DNA of 63,879 bases, counting the filler, from Reticulomyxa filosa (taxonomy: Eukaryota > Protista > Foraminifera), in assembly GCA_000512085.1 (NCBI GenBank). It is 14 parts of 14 records of this genome, joined end to end, with 100 filler letters (N's around TTAATTAATTAA, not from the genome) between each part and the next. Parts side by side here need not be neighbours in the genome. Positions count along the whole stretch, not along the records: positions 49,242 to 54,361 come from ASPP01002085.1; positions 54,462 to 58,139 come from ASPP01002210.1; positions 58,240 to 62,761 come from ASPP01018950.1; 11 more parts are not named here. One strand, written 5' to 3'. Below are positions 49,242-59,303 of this stretch, piece after piece; position 1 is the first letter of the stretch; every line of letters begins with the position of its first letter. A program made the position numbers and the translations under genes. The notes under the pieces are model-generated. The model ran no database searches. It was given only the letters and a program-made list of their open reading frames with translations, and had not been told where the DNA came from.

Positions 49242-52200
49242 AAAAACTAGATTCAATCCATTATTGTATGAATGTGATTTGCATAAACTCAAGGTGATTG
49301 AAGATACATTACAAACAAAGGTAACAAGGAACAACGAATTGCAGAAATTGTTTCATGAGATGATAAAGAATGGTTATTTGTGTGATTTAAGTACTACGTC
49401 ACCAAAAGAATCTCATAGTATCATCAAAAAACAAATGAATTATAATGTAAAGGATGAAAATGGTGAATTGATATTAAATGATAAAATATTGACAATATTA
49501 AATGAATTGAAGATATTGTATCATGATGATATTCATAAACGTATGGGATATCCACTTCAATTATATCAAATTTGTGCAATTTTATTGTATTGTGGTAAAT
49601 CATGTAATGTTCAATTCAGTTATGATCAAATACAATTTAGACATCATTTATGGCCTTATTTGGATTGGTATTTGATAGAAGCTATTGCTATCTTACACTC
49701 CCATGAAAGAAGAGAAGAAAGTGACATGGAATTATATTGTGGATTAAAAGGGGTGAGATTGGAGAATAAAGAAATAAAATCAGGATTTTTCATAAGTCAT
49801 GTAAGTACTTCTGATGATATTCAAGTTGCAAAAATGTATAGAAATCATCAAGGATGTATTTTACACTTTCATCCTTCTATGAGAAGAGCATTTTCCATTT
49901 TTAGTTGTGATATATCATGGATATCTTCATTCAAACATGAACGTGAAATTTTGTTTGCAAGACCTGTAATAAATTTTATTGGTGATGAGAAAACACATAA
50001 AGAGGAATATGCATGGAATGCAAAAGTAGAGAGTGAAGATGAATATACACAAATGATATTATTGACATGGGCGAGATATGATCAATTTATACAACAAGCT
50101 TTGAAAATTAATGCGAGATTATATCCTCTTCTTAATTTGAATCTTATTTATGTTGCACTTGAAAATTGTAATGAAAAAGATATAAATGAAGCAATTGCAT
50201 TGCTATCCGAATTTGAAGAATGGAAATTAAGAGATAATAATGAACAAAAATACAAAGAAGAAATGCACATATTTCTAGAAAAGCGTTGTTACAATCATAA
50301 CGTCAATCTATTTTATATGTTTCTCACTGAAAAAGGACCTCTGAAGAGACAACATGCCATGGAGAAATCAATGTTATCTACAGTTAATAATGGTTTACCT
50401 TTTGTTGAAAAAGATAATGATAATATATCTTTTTTTATTTTACCTTCTTTGCCTGTTCCACTTTATCAAAGTCAATGCGTAGTGCATAATTATGAAATAT
50501 TGATTTTTGGTGATTATTGTAACAACGAATGTTATTCATATCACACAATTAAATGTAAATATAAACGTATTTGTTCTTATCCAAGTAATGTTAAATTAAA
50601 TGGACATTGTGTAATAAAGCTTATGACCAATAATAATTCACATGATGTTACCTTATTGTCATTTGGTGGATATCCAAAACATACATTAATGATGAAATAT
50701 GTGAGCGTTTGGAATGATATAGAAAACGTTCAAAATGAATACAAAGAAAATAATATCAATGAGTGGATGCCTTTTATTGATAATAACAATGAACTAATTT
50801 CTATTGGAAGAGATAAAGATGATTATTTAGGATTACGTGCAATGATTAGTGGCAACAATAATCATTTATTATTTATTACATATTTTCCAAATAATATTAG
50901 CGTATTCAATTTAAATACATTTCAATATGTGAAACATAGTACTTTACCTACAAATGATAATGATAGAATAAGATATCATTGTTTTGTATCGAAAAAACCA
51001 TCAAAAAAGAATACAAATCAAAACATACATGAAATGATGTTATTTCACAAAAATACTGGGTTATCCATTGAATATGATGAAAATTACAATATTTTTCAAT
51101 TTTATGATGTACGAGTTTGTACAACTTTGAGGCCGTTTTGTTGTTATGGATTTGTTTATGTCAACGACTGTATTTTGTTTTTCGGTGGATATAATGAAAC
51201 AAAAAATGATTTAAGAGAAGTTTATCAGTATTCAATTGTAAAAGATCAATGGATAAAATTTAAATCAACTCTACCCATGTCATTGAATTGTTGTACTGCG
51301 ATACTGAGTGGAGATCAGAAATTTGTATACATTATTGGTGGTTATGACGAGAATAAGATTCTTTCTGTGAATATGAAAACAATAGTAAAAAAATGGATGT
51401 CAGTCAGGACAGAAATAGAACACAGCTGGATAAAGAGTGAAGAAAAAGAGAGAGACATTGAAGAAACAGAAAAAGAAAAAAAAGAAATTGAAAATATAGA
51501 TATGCAATTGAAAACGATGGAACAAAAACTTGATATACAAAAATTAAAAGTTAAAACATATTTTTTTTTATTTAATAGCCATATAAATAAATAACCAAAT
51601 AAAGAAAACAAAAGAAATTTCGACAATAATGGAATATTGGATTCGTTCATATTCAGTCAAGATGGGATGGATTAATGAATTTAATGCTATCGTTGCAAGA
51701 TATGTTTTGGTATGTTATATATTTTGTTTAATAATTTAATTTTCAAAAAAAAAAAAAAAATTAATAAATTAATAATAGAGAAGATACTGGAGAACATCAA
51801 AAATCCTTCAAATACAGCCTTCTTATGTACGCAATGTAAAATTTTCTCCAGATGGTTCTAAGATTGTTTTATGTTCAGATGAAACAGTTAAACTATGGGG
51901 AGTTATATCTGAAAAAAGAAATAGGCGTACTTAAAGGACATTCAAATACTGTAAATGATGCACAATTTTCACCAGATGGAAACATGATTGTATCATGTTC
52001 AGATGATCAGACCATTATATTATGGAATGTATCATCATGTAAAAAAAGGACTGAGTTAAGGGGACACAAACAAACTGTAACAAGTGTTCAATTTTCATCA
52101 GATGGAAAAACTATTGTGTCTGGTTCGCATGATCGAACAATTCGAGTATGGTAGTGTACACTCTGTACAAGAAGTAGTAATTTTAGAAGAATTATCAGAC

Positions 52201-52663
52201 AGTGTCGCATATACGCAATTTTCACCCAATGGTCAGCAAATTATGGCAGTTTTTAATGGTTATCCAATTGAAATTTGGGATCTAAAAAACGTAAAATAGT
52301 ATCTGTGATAAATGTGGATACCCAACGCGAAAGTAAAGCTAAATTTTCATCAAATGGCCGCTTTATCGCATCTTGCTCAGGGATAAAAACAATATCCTTA
52401 TGGGACGCATCAAAAATTAAAAAAAAACTTTAAAAGGGCATTCTGATACGGTAAACGATTTGCAATTCTTTCCGGACAATCAAACTCTTGCATCATGTTC
52501 AACAGATAATACAATTCGAATATGGGATGTGGAATTAGGAGTAGAAACACAAAAATTGAAAGGATGTTCTGGTAGTATAACCAGGATAGATGTTTCGTCA
52601 GACGGTAATACAATAGTATCAGCTTCTGAAAACGGAACAATTCAATTATGGAGATTATTGTAA
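49242..52663 (+). CDS. ADP-ribosyltransferase-like domain + helical linker + Kelch propeller + WD40 propeller fusion (5' truncated; WD40 exon frameshifted)
   Basis: ART-like motifs LYCGL (49732-49746), STS (49804-49812) and ERE (49939-49947). Kelch region LPSLPVPLYQSQCVVH...FFGGY...YIIGGY. Introns 51550-51604 and 51710-51778 lead in frame to WD40 blades (GHSNTVNDAQFSPDG, GHKQTVTSVQFSSDG, DNTIRIWD). Confidence 0.8.
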
Positions 52664-53223
52664 ATCTTTTTGATCATGAATACATGTTTTAAAATAACAT
52701 CGAACTCATTCACAGTTCGATGTTTCTTCTTGCTACGCTGTTTTTTGTTATTCTTTTGGTTTATCTTTGAACTTGTCTGTTTCCTTTTTTTTTCTCCCGA
52801 AAAGCTTTCGTTTATTTTGATAGAAAAAAGCTTAAACATTTTTCCATCTTATAATCAGCTAAGAAGATCTCAAGAGGAAAAAAAAGGTGTTGAAAGAATA
52901 GTAACTAACATTTTAAGCTTCAGTTCAGCTTTGAAAAGGTTATTATTTTTAGGTTTTTGTTGCAGTTATTGAATCAGCAGAAAAATATTAAAGTAATTAT
53001 TTACAATTTAATGACGTCTGATTATACTGACACGTGTAGACACGCCAAATAGGTTAAATGATATTAAAATCAAGACCTACTAAAGGACAAATTAGTCTGC
53101 ATTCAGATCTCAAAAAAAAAAAAAAAAGACTTATTTATCATTGTACAAAGAATTGAATTAGCAAATGGATTAATTCAAAAAAAAAAAAAAAGAAATGCTT
53201 GTACACGATTCAATATACTCTTT

Positions 53224-54300
53224 TTAACTGCTAGTGCTATCATTTTCCTCTTCTTCTCGTGTAATCTCATTTCCAGTTTTAACGTCAAAATTATTAAGCT
53301 TTGGCAGATAACTGTTGACGGCATCACTCAAGTCTTTTCCAAGCAATTCTGTCAGCAATTGTTCTCGAGTGAGTATACTTTTCACCAATTTATATCGTTC
53401 CTTGATAGTACACAATAACTCCCAGTTGATCTGGACATACTTCGAGCCAGGGGCAATATGCCTAAATCCAAGCCAAGAGCAAAAAAGTTTAGAGGCACTT
53501 TAAAAAAAAATTGGAGGCACTTTAAAAAAAAATTGGAGGCATTCTCTATATTAAAAAAAAAAATTAAATAAATAAATTAACCAGAGAAGGTAGTTCGTTC
53601 TAAGACCAGGAATAGCAAAGAGGCAGCAAAGAAACAGCAAGCAAGCGTAAGCGCAAGTTGTGCCAATTTGCAATGTCGAAATGTGAGACCATAAACCAAA
53701 GCAATAAACATAAACAACAAAAATGACAGGGAAGAGTATAGTGAGCAAACGGGACAAGAAATAGACTGGACCAAATACAAACCCCAATCCAAACAAGCTA
53801 ACAAAGAGAAGGGATTTGTACGATTGCATTACACTAGAGCATTTCAATACAAGAGGATAGTTCTTTTCCTTTACAATTTCCCATGTGTTGAAATAAATAT
53901 TCAAAATATCTGATAATATGTACATATACACATACATATATATGTATATGTATACGTAATCAAATATGCACTAAAAAAAAAAAAAAAAAAAATACATATG
54001 TACATATACATATATATGTGCATATGTGGCTCTATTCCTTCCCACTCGTCACTCTACAAAAGCTAATACTTTGGAGTAAAGAAGAATGAGTATCTTGTCG
54101 CAAATTCTTCAAAGTGACATGAGTGTACAAAGTGTTGGCTTCTTTTTGCAAATAAGATTGAAGGCACCCTAACACATGATTTGCACATGCCGCACGTAGA
54201 GCTACGTCAGGTCCCTCTTGCAAGAATTCTGTCATTTCCCACCACATTTCTCGGACGTTGCTGTCATCTTTTTGTTTTGGTTTTTATTATTATGATGTGT
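53224..54300 (-). CDS. Hypothetical membrane protein, 3' exons
   Basis: Hydrophobic exon within 53580-53900, flanked by exons 54032-54247 and 53224-53490 and T/A-rich introns. Confidence 0.4.
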
Positions 54301-54315
54301 TTGTTTATGTTTGGA

Positions 54316-54360
<45 letters not shown>

Positions 54361-54461
54361 TNNNNNNNNNNNNNNNNNNNNNNNNNNNNNNNNNNNNNNN
54401 NNNNNTTAATTAATTAANNNNNNNNNNNNNNNNNNNNNNNNNNNNNNNNNNNNNNNNNNNN

Positions 54462-56816
54462 AATCACAATACTCAATTCGGCTAACATTAATATGGATTT
54501 TCAAAATTGGAGTAATATAAAGATTCCTTATGCAATTTTAGACCGTGCATTTCTTGAAGGAACTAATTTTACTAATGCCAATTTAGACCACGTGCGTTTT
54601 TATCAAACTTGCTTAACCAAGGCCAATTTTACAAATGCATCAATGAATAGTGTTTACTTTGGAGAATATGCATACTTAGAAGGACACTCAGATGCAGTAA
54701 GGAGAGCTAAATTTTCATCAGACGGGACAAAAATAGTATCTTATTCCGATGATAATACGATTCGAATATGGGACACATCCTCAAGAAAACAACTTCACGT
54801 ATTACAAGGACACTCACACATAATAAATATGGTTCAATTTTCACATGACGATTCCAAAATTGTATCATGTTCGTGGGATGCAACGATTCAAATATGGGAT
54901 GTGCAATCAGGTAAACAAATTCATGTGTTGGAAGGGCATTCGTGGTATGTAAATACAGCAGAATTTTCATCAGACGACTCTAAGATTGTGTCTTGTTCAC
55001 ATGACAGCACTATTCGAATATGGGATGTGTCGTCCGGAAAAGAAATTCAAGTATTCGAAGGAATGTCAGATTGTGCAACATTTTCACCAGATGATTCCAA
55101 AATTGTTTCAAATTTAAATGATGAAAGAATTCGAATATGGGATGTATTATCAGGAACACAACTTTTATCACTGGAAGGGCATAAAGAAGACGTAATTAAA
55201 GCACAATTCATGTCCAATGGATCAAAAATCATATCATACTCAAGGGATAAAACTATTCGGATATGGGATGCATTATCAGGTCAACAACTTCAATTATTGG
55301 AGGGCCATACAGAGAATATAATTGGAATTCAATTATCACGAGATGGTTCAAAAGTCTTATCACATTCAGAAGATAAGACAATTCGAATATGGGACTTGCT
55401 GTCCGGAAAACAACTGCATGTTTTAGAAGAGCCAGATTTAGCATATACAGCAAGTTTTTCGTTTGATGGCTCCAGAATTGCATCTGGCTCAAAAGATGGT
55501 ACAATTCGATTATGGGATGTGTCATCTGGAAAACAAATTCAAGTATTAGAAGGACACTCAAATTATATAACAAATGTGGAATTTTTTCCAAATGAGTCCA
55601 AAATTTTGTCATGTTCAGCTGATAATACTATTCGAATATGGGACATATCTTTAGAAAGAAAAATCCAGTTAGCAGAAGGATATTTAGACTTTGTGACAAC
55701 AGTAGAATTTTCTCCTGATGGTTCTAAGATTGTATCAGGTTCTGTGGACAAAACAGTACGATTGTGGGATGCAAAATCAGGAAGACAAATCCAAGTATTT
55801 GAAGGTCATTCAGATCGCATAAATGGAGCATTATTTTCTCCAGATAGTTCCAAAATTGTATCATATTCAAATGATAAAACAGTCCGAATATGGGATGTAT
55901 TATCAGGAAAACAACTCCACTTATTGGAAGGACATTCAAAGCGAGTAAACAAAGTGGAATTTTCACGAGATGGCTCAAAAATTGTATCATCTTCATATGA
56001 TAAAACAATTCAAGTATGGGATACATTATCAGGAACAAAAATTGTGCTATTAGATGGACATTCTGAAATTGTTACTGACGCACAATTTTTAGGAGATGGA
56101 TATAAAGTTATATCTTGTTCACGGGATAATACAGTTAGATTGTGGGATGTATTATCTGGTAAACAAATCCAAATACTTGAAGGGCATACACATTTTGTAG
56201 AAGGAATGAACGTTTCACCAGATGGTTCTACATTTATATCATATTCAGAATGGGACAAGACAATGCAAGTATGGGAAATATCATCTGGAACACGGCTTTT
56301 TTTATTCGAAAATGAAGAGGTAATTGAAGCACGATTTTCTCCAGACGGTACTATAATTGCGTCCAGTTTAAAAGATAAAACAATTAAATTGTGGAATGTA
56401 TTGACAAGGAAACAAATCCAAACATTAAAAGGACATTTAGATAATATACGGGGAATAAAATTTTCATTAAATGGTTCTAAAGTTATTTCACATTCAGATG
56501 ACAAAACCATTCGAATATGGGATGTGTCTTCAGGAAAACAAATTCAAATATTAGAAGGCATAACGGGAATATTGATTGTATTCACCTGTCACTCGATGGT
56601 TCAAAAATAGTATCATGTTCAATGGATAAAACGATTCGATTATGGGGTAGTGCTAATGGTAACATTGATGATATAACCGAAACTAGTGTAGTGAGTTATA
56701 TTTGGAAAGTAGGTGTTCAAAGCGGTTTATCAATGAAAGATAGTATTTGGAAGGACGCAAATGGTTTGGAAGATGAACAAAAATTACTTTTGAAACAACG
56801 TGGTGGAATATTTTGA
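54462..56816 (+). CDS. Pentapeptide repeats + 16 WD40 repeats + GLxxxQxxLLKQRG tail: C-terminal part of a HET-E/NACHT-WD40-like receptor (5' truncated; 1-nt frameshift at ~56557)
   Basis: AFLEGTNFTNANLDHVRFYQTCLTKANFTNASM pentapeptides; 16 GH...FSxDGSKIVSxSxDxTIRIWD units counted; terminal GLSMKDSIWKDANGLEDEQKLLLKQRGGIF. Confidence 0.88.
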
Positions 56817-57457
56817 TGTTTCTTTTTTTATGTTTGTGAAATAAATCCATTCGCAACTATTCTTGTTAATACACTTAAATTGAAAATAAAAAAATTATTT
56901 GATTGAGAGAAAGACTTCATTTCTAGTTCAAAAAGTAAAATACAAATCATAAACAGGAGAAACAAAATTTGCTTTGCTATTTAAGTCTTACAAGACATTT
57001 TTGTTTTAAAAAATTTATGCTGTGGAACTTATAACATTAAAAGAAATGAAACACCAATGTATGAATGAAAAACTAATTGACGATAAATCCTTGGTTGTGG
57101 TGATTATGTAGAAAGAAAAATAATTGAAATATGTTTATTGATAGATTATTTACTTCATTTCTTTTTAAGGGATATTGGATAATAAAGCATTATGGGACAG
57201 AAAAAATTCCATTGTCAAAAAGGACAAGATAAATAGGTCAAAATTCAAATTTTTTTTTTTTCATTTTTTGGCATTTTCATGTTCAACTTACTTTCATTTA
57301 CTTGGTTCAAAAAAATACTTTGCTAAAGAAGTTAAATTGTTAAGGTAAACAAAAAAATCAGTATTAAAATATGTAAAAGAGTTTTTTCAAAAGAGTCTTG
57401 GCAAGTCCTCTTTTCTTTTAAAAAAATTAACTATTCAAAATTCAGTGACATTACAAT

Positions 57458-58139
57458 ATGGCTAATCAAAATACAACACAAGAACAAACTGGACAAAGTC
57501 AACATCTTATTACTTCAACGTCCTTTCAAATTTTGAAAGATTTACCCGTTCCACTTTCTCGTTCTCAGTGTGTGCTACACAAACACGAAATCCTCATTTG
57601 TGGAGGTGAAGGTAGCCAAGCTTGTTATTCTTATGATACACTCAAAAATGAATTCAAATTTATCTGTGAGTATCCAAGTGATATTATATTACGTGGACAC
57701 TGTGTAGTGAAACTGGTAGATAACAACAGCAAAGATGACAATCAAATCACTTTATTGTCTTTTGGTGGATGGGATAAACACACATTGATAATGAAATATG
57801 TAAGTGTTTGGAGTAATGAAAATAATAATAGCGATAATGAAAAGAATAGATCAAATAATTACAATAAATGGGTCCCTTTCACAGATAATCACAATAATCC
57901 AATTACCATTGGAAGAATTGAAGATATTTATGAAGGAGCGCGTGCAGTGATTGGTGGAAGCAATAATCATTTGTTATTTATCACTTATCCTATTGATAAT
58001 ATTAGCGTATTTAATTTAAATACATTTCGGTTTATTAAATATAGTACGTTACTAATTCAAGATTTTTCTATTGCTAATCATTGCTTTGTAAATGGACAAG
58101 AAATAATCACAACAAACGAAGAAAAAAAAAAAAAAAAAA
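57458..58139 (+). CDS. Stand-alone Kelch-type beta-propeller protein (3' truncated)
   Basis: LPVPLSRSQCVLHKHEILICGG...CYSY...YPS...GHCVVKL...LLSFGG..KHTLIMKYVSVW is collinear with the Kelch part of 49264-51594 but starts from its own Met. Confidence 0.85.
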
Positions 58140-58239
58140 NNNNNNNNNNNNNNNNNNNNNNNNNNNNNNNNNNNNNNNNNNNNTTAATTAATTAANNNNN
58201 NNNNNNNNNNNNNNNNNNNNNNNNNNNNNNNNNNNNNNN

Positions 58240-59265
58240 AAAAAAAAAAACAACTTTGGAACGGGGCTCTTGTCATCCATGGACATAATTGGAAGATTGC
58301 CGATTGCATTTGGATTGTTGGGGATTAAATTGGAAATGGAAGACGTGGTGGTACTGGTGGCAAGGATCCCTTTTAAAAAGGTGGCACTCCAAACTTTGTC
58401 GACGTGATCTGTCAACTTGTTGTCCAGTTCTTTCAAAGAAACAACCGGAACTCCTCGGCTGACTGCCAAAGTGTACATGTTATTGTCCAGTGTCAATAGT
58501 ACTGACATCAAATTGTTCGGTGTATTAAATTTCGAGTTATACATTTCCGCAACACCAACAATCTTCAAATCATTTTGGAGCAAAGCCGAAGCCATCATTT
58601 GCTATATACGTATATGTATACATATTTGTATGTGTTTGTATTATTTATAAAATGAAAAGTCCATAATTTTCATATATAAACAAATGAAATTTGTTATACA
58701 CACATAAAAAAAAAAAAAAACAAACTTCATTTTGTTGCATGCTTAGTTTTTGTAGTATTTTAAGTTGCGATGCTTTGTCAAAAATGCCGCTATGCCTTGT
58801 CAATTGTTGTGCACACATAATGGCCCGCGTAGCTCGTTTATTGTTTCTTTTGATATATTCCAATTCTTGGGTCACCGTGTAAGGCACGATCAATAGCGTC
58901 TTGTCACGCGCATTTGGCATTCCAAATCCAAACATTTTTTTTTCCGCCTTTTCAATGAGTCTGTCAAAATGAAATACGCTCGAGTTCTCAAACTGTTGCA
59001 AATTGACGGCAATTCCTTTAAATTTACGCGCTTCCTTGACATATTGTGTCATCTCTTTGGACGAAACAGTTATTCCCAGTGGGTGAATGATATCGTCCAA
59101 CAAGAATTTTCCCACTGCACGTAAGAGTCATCCAGGCTAGGAAACTTTTCTGGGTCTATGTAACTTGCACGTTCAATGGCAAAGAAAATCACGTTGTTGT
59201 CCACTGTCGGTACTGGATTCTTCTAAATAGTTATTTATTTATTTTTTAATTAAATGGATGGGAGC

Positions 59266-59303
<38 letters not shown>

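Noticed and set aside
51900-56560. Programmed frameshifting in the WD40 exons
   Set aside because: The shifts fall mostly in or next to homopolymer runs, consistent with sequencing error or pseudogene decay, and I saw no consistent slippery site with a downstream structure.
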